DNA of 64,000 bases, taken from the NCBI GenBank assembly GCA_977017575.1, contig CDRNVI010000055.1, positions 1 to 64,000 of the forward strand, in the 5' to 3' direction. A model generated the notes under the pieces. It worked only from the letters and a program-made list of their open reading frames with translations. It was not told the origin of the DNA and ran no database searches. The translations under genes and the position numbers were made by a program. Every line of letters starts with the position of its first letter. Positions within the stretch are counted from its first letter, which is position 1. Below are positions 10,729 to 21,406 of the stretch, piece after piece. The DNA comes from Paramoeba atlantica (lineage: Eukaryota > Protista > Discosea).

Positions 10729-13593
10729 TTATGAATCCATATTATATACGATGCTGTTTCCTATCAAACTTACCTTGGAGTTCAGAAGAGATCCTCTTTG
10801 CAGAATACTACGTAACGTTGCCACAGAAACATTGTCTCGACTGATAACTTCCGCTAACCTGTGAAATGGGATTGTAATACGTCCATGTTCACTTTCCATG
10901 CGATCTTTCTGAAGCTTAGTAGCCCTTTTCCTTGCCTCCCAAAACCGTTGTTTATTAAGATCTATTCCATTTTCAGCAGCTTCACGACTTATCATATCTC
11001 GGAGACGCGTTTCAACTAGTGGAATCCAGCGCTTATCGTCGCTAACCATATATTTTCTAAATTTCGCGAAAAGGTGGCTTTGTTCTCCCAGTTTGTGCCT
11101 TCGTAAGTAGCATCTTAAAAAAAGACCAATGGCAGCATTAAAGTCTTCCTCAAGAACAAACTCCCTCAAGAAAATCCTTGCGTGAGCCTCTGCAAGCCGA
11201 AGAACGCTTTCCAATTCTCGAATTGTAATGGAACTTTCCTGGCGAAGCTCTGCGAAAAGATGAGGAATACGGTGAGGGTCCGTATGTACGATTCGAGGAT
11301 GACATTTTGTGCGCGCATAATATATGTATTGTTTTAAAAGACTCTGACGAAGAGGAAGTGACGTAGAAGGGTTGCTATCTTCACAAAGATCTGTTTCACG
11401 TGTGAGTAGAGTAGTGCTATCCTGGTTTTGTGGACTTCCGTTCGCAAAGGTCACTCGATCGTCGCCGTCGGTAGGGTCTGTGTGCATTTCCTCAGAAGCA
11501 GATGGATGATTCATACGATGAGAAGACGTAACAAATTTTCCTAACATGCAATCCTGCTCGACGGAAGGCTCATCACAAATGATGAATATTAGATCAAATC
11601 GAGAGAGAATAGGTTTTGTTAGCTGCACGTTTTCGTTCAACGATGTACTACTGTCATACCTGCCTGTTATCGGATTCGCAGCAGCAATGACTGTACATCG
11701 TGCAGAAAGAGTTGTCACAATACCTGCCCGTGCAACTGAGATCGTCTGCTGCTCCATTGCTTCATGAATAGAGGTGCGATCGTGATCGTTCATTTTATCA
11801 AACTCATCGATAAGGCAAACGCCGCGATCGGCGATAACCATTGCGCCCCCTTCAAGTACGTATTCTCCTGAAACCACGTCACGGTGAACGGCTGCAGTAA
11901 GTCCCACTGCACTAGAACCTTTTCCGGTAGTAAAAACAGCGCGATGTGAGGTCCGCTCCACCCATTTTAAAAATTGTGACTTGCCTGTACCTGGATCACC
12001 CAACAAAAGCACATTTAGATCGCCTCGTATGCGATGTCCTGTGCGATGTTTCGGAACTCCCCCTAGAAGGGACAACAATAATCCAAGTTTAACATCAGAA
12101 TGTCCGTGTATTGATGGAGCCACGCTGCGAAGTAACTTATGCTTAACGTCAGGATGATTCGAAAGTCGTCGAATAAGTTCTTGTTCATCATCAAGCACTT
12201 CGCCACTAAACTCTGCACGGCTTTGGGTAATGTTGTTCACATCAATTGTTGTGAGAAAAACAGGGAATCCTTGTTTGTGATGAAGAACCGGGTCATAGCT
12301 ATGCTTAAAAATCCCAACAACGAGTACGTCGTCACCTGGCTTCGCTGTGTCCACCAAGTCTTCAGTAACGCTAAGCTCAATAGTTCGAGGAAGTCTCCCT
12401 GCTGGGACCGATCCGGGACTTTCTTGCAGGGCCATGATTTGGTGGTTCTTATATGTACTCTGTACAGTGTTTAATTTGAAAGGACCTCGGCTTTGGCAGT
12501 GTGTGCACGCAACTGGACGAACCTCTTTTGGGCCATTTTGGACCAAGGGTCCGACAGCCATTCCACATATTCCACACTCAAATATGGCGCTTAAAAGCTG
12601 TTTGAACACCACTGAACGCCGGACTATCACGCCATCAACATGCACGAAGCTTCGAAGTTGAACACTACGCAACTCACGAATTGAATCCTTTACCATTACG
12701 CCAACGATCCGTACGTATGTGGAAGGTCTTCTGCCAGAATACAAAGGAAACATGACAGCCATCAGATCAGAAACAGAATCGTGGAGCAAAGGCAATATAT
12801 CCGCAGGTACATCCGCCAACCATTTTCCTATCACTGCTTTGTGAGAGCTGCAGAGATGTAGGAATTCTACTTCAAGGCTCTGACGATTCTCTCTGGCCAT
12901 GCTCTGTAATTTTTGGCGGTAGATATGCACATCCCCGTTGCGATGGTACCAAAGAATGTTTTTCACGGCATACTTAATACATTGACGAACGCGAAGATCT
13001 TGCACCCACTCCGAGAGATTCGTTCTAATCGTAGTCCAGTCAAAATCATCCGAAGCATTGTCGTCTTCGACGTGGCGCCTAAAGTTTTCTTCCCATTCGC
13101 CTTCCTGGGATTTTTTTGATGGATTTTCAAGTTGAACTCCCCGCGAAGCCTTATTGTTTCGTAGCTTACCGACAATCCCTTTACTGCCCCTTTGCCTTCT
13201 ATACTTCTTTCTGTGTTCTAAAGACTCAATATTTGCATCGAAAAGACCAACTCCGTCTATACCTTCTTCTTCTGATTCACTTACAGGCTCTGACACCAAA
13301 TCTGCACCCAAAGTGTTCTCTTCCAAAGACGGGATAATACGATCGTTGACACGTCTATTCAATATATCATCAATATATGATTGCGCTGCTTCTTGATCGG
13401 CACTCGAAATATCGGTGTTGGAATCAATAAAATTCGCATCACTGGTATTTTCCGACGATAAATCAGAGTCTGAATGTGATTCATAATCTTGGAAAAGCAT
13501 CTCTTCTGCGTAGAGATCGTCACCCTCGGGTTCCTCCTCAAAGGAACTCTCACTGTCACTTCTCACAGGATACGTGCTCGGTTCTTGACCCAT
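10729..13593 (-). CDS. MCM2: DNA replication licensing factor MCM2
   Basis: Acidic N-terminus, C4 zinc finger, QESPGSVPAGRLPR, GDPGTGKSQFLK, IDEFDKMNDHDRTSIHEAMEQQ, SRFDL. Confidence 0.95.
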   Translation of the reverse strand: MGQEPSTYPVRSDSESSFEEEPEGDDLYAEEMLFQDYESHSDSDLSSENTSDANFIDSNTDISSADQEAAQSYIDDILNRRVNDRIIPSLEENTLGADLVSEPVSESEEEGIDGVGLFDANIESLEHRKKYRRQRGSKGIVGKLRNNKASRGVQLENPSKKSQEGEWEENFRRHVEDDNASDDFDWTTIRTNLSEWVQDLRVRQCIKYAVKNILWYHRNGDVHIYRQKLQSMARENRQSLEVEFLHLCSSHKAVIGKWLADVPADILPLLHDSVSDLMAVMFPLYSGRRPSTYVRIVGVMVKDSIRELRSVQLRSFVHVDGVIVRRSVVFKQLLSAIFECGICGMAVGPLVQNGPKEVRPVACTHCQSRGPFKLNTVQSTYKNHQIMALQESPGSVPAGRLPRTIELSVTEDLVDTAKPGDDVLVVGIFKHSYDPVLHHKQGFPVFLTTIDVNNITQSRAEFSGEVLDDEQELIRRLSNHPDVKHKLLRSVAPSIHGHSDVKLGLLLSLLGGVPKHRTGHRIRGDLNVLLLGDPGTGKSQFLKWVERTSHRAVFTTGKGSSAVGLTAAVHRDVVSGEYVLEGGAMVIADRGVCLIDEFDKMNDHDRTSIHEAMEQQTISVARAGIVTTLSARCTVIAAANPITGRYDSSTSLNENVQLTKPILSRFDLIFIICDEPSVEQDCMLGKFVTSSHRMNHPSASEEMHTDPTDGDDRVTFANGSPQNQDSTTLLTRETDLCEDSNPSTSLPLRQSLLKQYIYYARTKCHPRIVHTDPHRIPHLFAELRQESSITIRELESVLRLAEAHARIFLREFVLEEDFNAAIGLFLRCYLRRHKLGEQSHLFAKFRKYMVSDDKRWIPLVETRLRDMISREAAENGIDLNKQRFWEARKRATKLQKDRMESEHGRITIPFHRLAEVISRDNVSVATLRSILQRGSLLNSKVSLIGNSIVYNMDS

Positions 13594-13692
13594 GAAGCTG
13601 TAACAAATTGGTATATAAGAGCTATACAGTTTACAAAACGTGAGGTAATACGACGTGGTAACTCCAGTAACTAAACCACATTCAGGCTAACA

Positions 13693-13709
13693 TACCCCCC
13701 CCCCCGGTA
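13693..13709. mobile_element. TA-flanked micro-remnant (C11GG) in a palindromic target
   Basis: taaca-TA-CCCCCCCCCCCGG-TA-tgtta; the reconstructed empty site TAACATATGTTA is a palindrome. Confidence 0.5.
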
Positions 13710-14155
13710 TGTTATCAAGGTATAGATGTTCAGTAGACTGGTGAAGAAATATAAATGAAAAAAATTTAAAAGTGTTTTTTAGATACAGTTGTTAGAACCT
13801 GTATTTAAAGAATTTTTTAAATCCAATTAGTCGCTCCCTTATCCCAGCGTTGCCGAGTTCTAGTAAAAAGCAACGATAAGAGAGGGTGTAGAAAATGAAC
13901 CGCTTTGCGGGAGGAGTCAAAGCCCCAAAAGCAACGCTAATAAGGGAGGTAGGTACCGGGGCAACGCTAGGATGGGAAGGAGAAAGTAAGTTTCCACTTT
14001 CAAACGAGTGATCATTTCTTTGCTTGTGCACCTCCTTTATTTGGCCACACAGCAACGTTCTCGTAACCTGTCCCCTCTATATAAGAGTCCAAATGTCCAA
14101 ATTCGGAGGACTCCTACATGAACGGTGGACTCGTACATGTATTTAGAGGAGTCTA

Positions 14156-14959
14156 CAGTCCAGCTCTTGGCTTCCCCCCCAGGCTCCAGAGCGCACCGTA
14201 AGAGCTTTTGACCTAATTCCTTCGACATTTAACATATCTCGAAAAACTAGAGCGTTTACCGCCGTCTTTTTGACCATACCGACCCCTATGCACATCATAG
14301 CCAAAAAATACACGAAAAAATAGGTGTTTTTTTCATAATTTACAAAGAAAATCCATTTTTTCCAATTTTTCAAAGCTTTTATCTTTATAAATCTTTAAAT
14401 AGTTTCTCTTTCAATGAATTTGCGGGATACTCCCGTTAAATCTACACAAGGACAGTATGCCAACTCTCCCAAAAACAAAACACCCCCAATCACTCATAAA
14501 ATAGTGCGATGTACCCTCCCAGAGGGTCTTGAAATTGTCCACCAATGTAAAAAGGGGCTTAGTAATCATGCGTTGGCCAAAAAAACAGCTCCGAAAGGCA
14601 ATAAAGAAAGCCTTTGCGATGCTTAAGCGTCATCCTTATCGACGCCAAGTTTTAAATTGTATAAATTCTGTTCCTAAACGCTTGCGCATTGTGCAGCGCG
14701 TTCAAGGAGACCATTGTGGGTACTAGTGTATAGGAATTTATACTCATTTCTTATTTTTTTACCCCCCTTCAAAAATCAAAATTGGGGGAAATTTCCCAAC
14801 TTTCACCACGACCACCTAGGACCCAAGGGGGGGGGGTGATAGGCAAAGCAACGGTGGGAAACGCACTAGCTTTTCGAGATCTGTTGAATGCCGAAGGAAT
14901 TAGGTCAAAAGCTCTTACGATGCGCTCTGGAGCCTGGGGTGGAGACAAGAGCTGGACTG
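14156..14959 (+). mobile_element. Internally deleted Tc1/mariner element, 804 bp, TIRs of about 117 bp, TA TSD
   Basis: TA|CAGTCCAGCTCTTG...CAAGAGCTGGACTG|TA. Internal HTH-like fragment joined to a transposase C-terminus (INSVPKRLRIVQRVQGDHCGY*). Confidence 0.9.
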
Positions 14960-15275
14960 TATAGAACCTCGGCCCCGAGTGCGCTGTTTGAAAACACGAA
15001 TGCAAGAATACCACTCTTCTTATAGTCAAAAAATAGCAACTCCCACTAGGAAAAAAAAATATATAAAGGAAATTGGCGATTTCTACTTATATTATACTTA
15101 TATTTCTACTTATATTATGTATGTAGATATACATAGATATATTCTAATATAGAATATTAGAAACAGGATAATATGAGAATATAAAAGGTATAACATGAGA
15201 AAGTATAAATCGCCAAGAAATTGTAAATCGCCGAGAAAATATACAATGTAAATGGGACCTTTTCTTTAGCTTTTA

Positions 15276-15990
15276 CTGCCCCCCCACTTAAACGCAACCA
15301 GGTTTTGGCCTAAAATTGCGCATAAGTAGCCAGGTCAAAAAAAGGGGTGAAAAAAAATTTTAGCGCCGCGAAGCGGCGCGTGTTTCTATCATGAATTATA
15401 TACACAGGGTACCCTTCGGGGCTGCTTTTTATATACTATCCTCCCCCTAGCAATTCGCCCTCTGCCTTTGCCTTGCTCACTCTTCTTCTTCTATGGTCCT
15501 CAAAAGTCGATATCAAAAGCGATGTCCCATTCTTCTGACACGGGTCGTTGCATGTATAAGAATGATTTATGTGGCGCGATAGTGTCTGAGGTACATGAAT
15601 GGGTTGGAACCGTGGCCATTCCAAAAGCCAAAGTTTCGGATGTATTCCGCGTGAAGTTAGAAGTTTTTATCAAGGGTCGTCAAGGTACCTGCGATAAAGA
15701 CAGCAAGGAAACCTGGAAAACAGGCTTAGCTTCATAAAGGGTGATGAGTATTATATGCCAAGTGTTGAAGATTTTTGTCACGAAGCAGGAATGAGATCCT
15801 GGCCTCTATCTATGCATGCGAATGCATGCAGACTACCTGCAGACTCCCCATTTCAACACCGGCGAAAATCTGTACAAAAATTCGTATCAAAAAAAATCGC
15901 GCCGCTTTGCGGCGCTGTTCTTCTGAACGATGCGTCAAAATTGCGCTTAAGTGGCCGGGTAAACGGTTGCGCATAAGTAGGGGGGGACAG
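15276..15990. mobile_element. Non-autonomous TIR element, 715 bp, TA TSD (TIR family shared with the pogo-like element at 44260)
   Basis: TA|CTGCCCCCCCACTTAAACGCAACC ... GGTTGCGCATAAGTAGGGGGGGACAG|TA. Inverted GCGCCGC-NNN-GCGGCGC hairpins at 15363-15379 and 15899-15915. Confidence 0.8.
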
Positions 15991-16182
15991 TACCACAACG
16001 AAAAACCGATTCGTATTTTGTTCTGGCAGGGGGAGTATGTTTGGTCGGTCGGACAAAAAAACTCTCGCTTTTTGAGCTTTTATACCCCCCTGTTTTCCAC
16101 GGTGGGCGATTATACCGAAGAAGAAGAATTATACCTGCCTCTGTATAAAAGGGTACCCCATACATAAAGTCGCGCGCCCGTG

Positions 16183-16250
16183 TACTGTGTTCCTCTTATA
16201 TTTTCACTGCTTTCAATAATCGATGGTAGAGAGGTAGTTACACAACCACC
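16183..16250 (+). repeat. Dispersed repeat (second copy 46191-46271), probable TE end
   Basis: 27-bp identity TACTGTGTTCCTCTTATATTTTCACTG followed by GGTAGTTAYACAACCACC in both copies. Confidence 0.75.
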
Positions 16251-16319
16251 AATTACTTAAAATCCCCCCTATTTAGAACCCCCCCTCTTTTTTAGAATCT
16301 TCTTTCAAAACAAAGCAAA

Positions 16320-18503
16320 TCAAACTAAACCAATCGTGAGATCAGAGAACGACTTAACTTTGGTCTCATGAAATATGTCACGCAAAACAAGGGATATATG
16401 TGACTGAGGAGGCAGAACACAACTAAGTACGACACTAAAACGATTCGACCGAGTTGTTTTTCTGCTCCTCTCGTCATCGTCATGATGCAACAAATCATGA
16501 ATAATCTTCTTCTGCTTTGGCGATTGGTTAAGGGGAGATGGCTCCCTGCACACTTCATGCAGAAAACTGGACCCATCCTGTGTTTCAGCCAACTCATCGT
16601 ACGTAGAAATTGGCCGTTGTGAAAATTGCTGCCAGCTTCCTCTTTTCGTAGGTTGAGCACTCTGTTGCAACCGGAAAAGATCGGGTTTCAGCATAGATTG
16701 CGAATTTGGATCTCGCAGTAATCGATAGAATATGCGTTTGGGACGTGTAACCAAAAAACGAAAATAGGAATCACCGACACATTTTAGTGAATCATCGTAG
16801 TCGGATGAGTTAGATTGCGACATTGTACATTTTTGAGGAAAGATTTTGCTGCCTCTACGCTCTCCATCGTAGTCATTCATTAACTTTGGAAGAGACTTCT
16901 CACGACCGACTCCAAACACAGGTAATACGAGATCAAAAATTGTGTAGTTGGAGACCTCCTCTTCGGATTCAAGTTTCCGAAACGTCCATGATGAAGGTAG
17001 TTCGACGTTTTTTTCTTTTCCTTTGACGGCCACAATGTCCCCCGGTTGCAAAGACAAGGGACGCCCCCGTGACACTGCTTCCACAATTCGTTCATTAGCC
17101 AACAAGTTCCAGGAATGGGCTTGTAATGCGCAAAAAAATCTTTTCCTCATGGAGAGAGTGATCACTGTGGTATCTAGCAACAGAGAGCGAGCAAATTCGT
17201 TGGTTTCGGGAGTGTCCGGAGTTTGTTCCCTACAAAATAATGAGCTGCGTGCACTGATTTTTGTCAGGATCCCTCGCAAAACTTTGCTGTCAGCGTGCTG
17301 CTGCAAATCATTTATCCAATTTTTTATCCTTTCGCGCAATGAGTGAGTGGAAGCACCAGCACATTGTAGATAGTGATGGTACGATATTGGATGTTGTTCA
17401 CATTCAAGCTGAATGATGCCACGCACTGCTTTGGTCCACTCGGCGGCAAGCCAGTGAGCTGCAATTTCTGAAAGTGACACGGAACCTGCACCAAAATATT
17501 GAACTGGAAAATAGTTAATATACCCATTTTTCTGTAGGGAATTAATTCTACTACATATGTGTTTTTCAATAAACTTAGTTGAATCATCAATGTTGCTGAA
17601 GTACCCTTTCGAGGAAACGTTGCGTACTAATACAGTGTATTGAACATGACCCCTTTCTTTTGCATGGTAAGACGCATATCGTACAGGATTAAGCAAAATC
17701 GGATAAATATTGTGATGGCGAGACGCGTGCGGTAAAAGCTCTTTCGTAACCCCAAAAAGGCTTAGTGTTTGTGTGACGCACGCGTGCTTCTCCCGAGCGA
17801 TTTCATCCGAGGGAATGCTGAACCCTTGTTGCATACGAGTAGGTTTAATAGTATGCGATATGCGCTCCATGACCTCATTCATCGATCGATTTTCCCTATA
17901 ACATTGTAGATGCAATATGGGTGTTAGCGGAGGTAGTTTTCCATTTTCCCAAAAATAGTGACCTAAATGTGTCCACATCATGCGTTTTCGCATGAAGTGC
18001 GTCTCTTGCCTTTGTCGCGAATCAACCGGGGAAAGATCTTCCACCGCCTGTCGCTCTCCTGGATGCACTTTATGCCATCTACCTCTCGGGCGAGCTTCGA
18101 GATGCACTATGCCGTTTTCAAGAACTTCGTTGATCAACGTATCAGTAGGAAACACTTTATATAGACCACAAACCACATGTGAAGGAGAAATGTTGCGTCG
18201 AAGAGCAACAAAGACGTTTGTAGATTGAAGTTTTTTTAGTTGAGGAGTGTGTGACGATAGCGCCAAGGAACTTTCCTCGTTCAATAAAGTACTAAATGTA
18301 ATTGAACTCCTCTGTTTTGTGAACTGGAAGGTGAAGTACAATATTCCGCACGCAGCACTTGAAGACGCAGTTTTTCGCGGCAAAGAAAACACGCACAAAG
18401 GGAGTGTGCCCAAACAAGGGGTGTTTGGGCGGGGTGAGGGCGGTTGTAAGGGAGCGAATGGCGTGGTTGCGGGGTTGGATGGACTGAAAAGCAACGCACT
18501 CAT
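16320..18503 (-). CDS. TruD/PUS7-family pseudouridine synthase-like protein, catalytic Asp apparently absent
   Basis: GLYKVFPTDTLINEV, NGYINYFPVQYFG, IFDLVLPVFG. The GTKDKRAVTxQ motif reads AREKHACVTQ. First ATG at 18503 (the track starts at a TTG); true start uncertain. Confidence 0.75.
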   Translation of the reverse strand: MSALLFSPSNPATTPFAPLQPPSPRPNTPCLGTLPLCVFSLPRKTASSSAACGILYFTFQFTKQRSSITFSTLLNEESSLALSSHTPQLKKLQSTNVFVALRRNISPSHVVCGLYKVFPTDTLINEVLENGIVHLEARPRGRWHKVHPGERQAVEDLSPVDSRQRQETHFMRKRMMWTHLGHYFWENGKLPPLTPILHLQCYRENRSMNEVMERISHTIKPTRMQQGFSIPSDEIAREKHACVTQTLSLFGVTKELLPHASRHHNIYPILLNPVRYASYHAKERGHVQYTVLVRNVSSKGYFSNIDDSTKFIEKHICSRINSLQKNGYINYFPVQYFGAGSVSLSEIAAHWLAAEWTKAVRGIIQLECEQHPISYHHYLQCAGASTHSLRERIKNWINDLQQHADSKVLRGILTKISARSSLFCREQTPDTPETNEFARSLLLDTTVITLSMRKRFFCALQAHSWNLLANERIVEAVSRGRPLSLQPGDIVAVKGKEKNVELPSSWTFRKLESEEEVSNYTIFDLVLPVFGVGREKSLPKLMNDYDGERRGSKIFPQKCTMSQSNSSDYDDSLKCVGDSYFRFLVTRPKRIFYRLLRDPNSQSMLKPDLFRLQQSAQPTKRGSWQQFSQRPISTYDELAETQDGSSFLHEVCREPSPLNQSPKQKKIIHDLLHHDDDERSRKTTRSNRFSVVLSCVLPPQSHISLVLRDIFHETKVKSFSDLTIGLV

Positions 18504-18538
18504 GAACAAAAAAGCTCCTTTCTCTCCCAAAAAGTATA

Positions 18539-18599
18539 CCCCCCCAGTAACAAGGATTTAACCCATTTTGATCCAAAATCGATTTTATTACTGGAGGGG
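18539..18599. mobile_element. 61-bp micro-MITE, TA-flanked
   Basis: TA|CCCCCCCAGTAA...TTACTGGAGGGG|TA. The same left end CCCCCCCAGTAACAAGGATTT recurs near 20550. Confidence 0.65.
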
Positions 18600-19259
18600 T
18601 ATATAACCACCAAATCAAAAAAAAGCTTTTCACACAAAAAAAGCGCGCCGCTTCGCGTCGCGGGGCAGGTTCCAAAAATAAAGTACGCCTCAAAAGGACG
18701 AAACCCCTGCGATCGGTAGAATATGGCAGAATAGTGTCGCATTGGCGGTGGCCCCCCCTCTGATATTCCAGGTTTAACCACGTTAATAAAATTCGTTTAA
18801 AAAGGAAAAAAACAAGGAAATGATAGGAAAGCATAGAAAAAAACCCCTGTAAACGAAAAAAAATCAAAAACGAAGGTAAGATTCAAAAGAGGTGTACTAT
18901 TTTAAAATCACGGTATTACAAAGGCAAATAATTATACGACTCAATGTTATGGCCATTGCTTGAGAATTTTAAAGCCCACTGCTGAAAATGCAGAAACAGT
19001 TTTTGGTTGGCTCTCACTGCCTGTCTAACGTAGCTAAAGAGTTTCTCTTTTTCTCGAAAGTCTGTGTGAACGATGCGGATATCCTCGTTCTGCACTACCG
19101 CCCTACTTCCTACTTTTAGATTGTCCAAGGAAATACCAGCGAAGTGTAATTCCATTAGACAAATGAATTGTCTCCTCCTTGTGGGCTACTTTCCGTTCTT
19201 TTCCCAAAAACAATTTGCTCCAATTCACCGATAAGGTGTTGTATTCCGAAGGAAATGAG

Positions 19260-20347
19260 TGTCTTCCTCGTGTTCCTTTGCGCGCCTTGTGTCGGTTTCG
19301 GTTCTACGGATCATTAAGAAGGACTCGCACCATACCCTCAAGTAGGTCGTCAAAAAGATGTCTCTTCTTGTTTTCTATGTGCAACATGTGACCAAATTCG
19401 CGTTCCGTGTGTGTTTCGGAAAAGTGAATCCGGTTTAATGCTTGTCTAAACGTATTTTTGAGAAACAGAACTTCGCCAATAGTTCTCCACAACTTGTCGT
19501 TGTGTATCATCAACCATGCGATCAGAAGAAGAAGAAGAAGAACACGGAGGGCTCTGCAGCGCCAACCGTTAGGGTAGAGTCTCAGGTCACCGACCTTCAT
19601 CGTCTTGCTACCCCCTTCCCAGACGGCACTCGACGCCTTGCGGCCCGAGCACGGCTCCCCAACCGTAGCTACCAGGACGGGCGTCCAACCCCGTTGCATC
19701 GTGTAGGCTGTGTCTCGAGCCTTCTTTGCGTAAGCAGCTCGCAATTTAGCGGCTGCGCTGGAGCCTGGTTCAGCTCTGCGGTTCCGGGTCGGTCCTCCAG
19801 GGGAGCGGGGTTGGGTGTGGGCCTTGAAGGCACTCCTGATCGCTTTCCCTTTGTAGTGAGGCCGCCAGGTTGCGTTTATACTCGTCGTGCCTTTAATGAT
19901 GAAGGAGTGAAGATGTTGTGTTGGCCACCCAAATCCCCAGATTTAAACCCAATAGAAAACATTTGGGGAATAATGGACGAGCATATAAACGCGCTTTGTC
20001 CAACGAATCGTGAAGATTTGAGACGAGCGATCGCTTCTGGGGTCGAAAAATTAAAGGGGGAGCAATACGATGTATTTTTGAGAACTTTAAAGAGTGTTCC
20101 AACGCGTGTGAAAATTTTGTTGGAGAAAAAAGGTGGAAATTGTGGATACTAACTTTTTTTTACCAGAAAAAAAACTTGCAGTTGCCCTATTTACGGTATT
20201 CAGGAGAATGCATATACCTGGAAACTACGTAAAACGTAATATCACATGACACGTAACTCTGCGAGAGCTCTCGAATGCGCTATTATTTTGCAAAATTAGC
20301 CGAGTTATAAGAATTTTGACCCCCCGATATTTTCGTGCACCCCTCTG
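19260..20347 (+). mobile_element. Tc1-like remnant with the D1-D2 region replaced by a foreign GC-rich insert
   Basis: HTH-like remnant with stops (RIIKKDSHHTLK*VVKK). C-terminus WPPKSPDLNPIENIW...KKGGNCGY* ends at 20152. Right end ...GTGCACCCCTCTG|TA at 20347. Left TIR not found. Confidence 0.8.
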
Positions 20348-21406
20348 TATTTTACTAAGAGTACGAAATATTCTTTGTCCACCTTTTGGTTTTTTGAACC
20401 AGTGACGTTTTTGGTCGGCGTGTGTACCGTCAATGAGATGGCAGTCCGAGACCTTTCATAAAGCAAGAGCTTATCATAAAGATACTTTTCTTCAGGAAGT
20501 GAAACGTTCATTTATTTTCGCGCGTCGCCTTTTTCCGATATACCGTAGACCCCCCCAGTAACAAGGATTTGATCATTTCTGGGACGGTCCCCAGTAGCAG
20601 GGGTTTGGCTAGGGAGAGTGGCTCAGGGGGGGAGGGGGGTTTTGGGCGGGGCGAGGGAAGTTGCGCAGGGGCGAATGGCGTAGGTACGGGGTTGTCAATC
20701 AACGCACTCATGAAATACCTGATGTACGAGGGGACAAATTCGTATCTTCTGGCGCTATGTACTATGACTTTACGGAAGTGCATGAGCTCACTCACTTGCA
20801 TGAAAAATGAACCACAGAAAAAGTCTTGATTGCCAAAAAAAATCGGAGTTCGTCACAGCACATTCTTCTTGTCTTTTGTCATTTCTGCGTTTGTTCGACA
20901 TGGGTGATACTGGACGAGGTAAAGAAAAAGCAGGGGGAAAATAAAGGTTTAAATATAGTATTTATGTGATTATAGCACCTTAAAATTGGTATAGAATCTA
21001 TACTAATTTAGTATCTATACTAATTTAGAATCTATACATCTATTAGATGTAGTTTTAAGGATCCCTGGAAAAAGCGAACTCGAACAATATTCAAAAATAT
21101 CATTTTCAACCTACATTTACATGTAGGTTTACATTTACATGTATACTGCATCTTACCCGATAATAGTACAAGATGGTCTGAATAGCCCATATCGTATGTA
21201 GCAGGGACTTTAGCATACGTAATAGCTATAATATACGTACAAAACAATGAGATTAGTAAGTGCCATAGAAAAAGTGGATTCTGATTTAAATAAAAGCCAC
21301 ATGGAGTATCGTCTTTTTATACAAGATCGTACTCTAAAAGTATATTCCATAAATAGAACTATTGAAACTATCATTCGAAACCGGTGCAGAGCATAAATTT
21401 GAGCTT

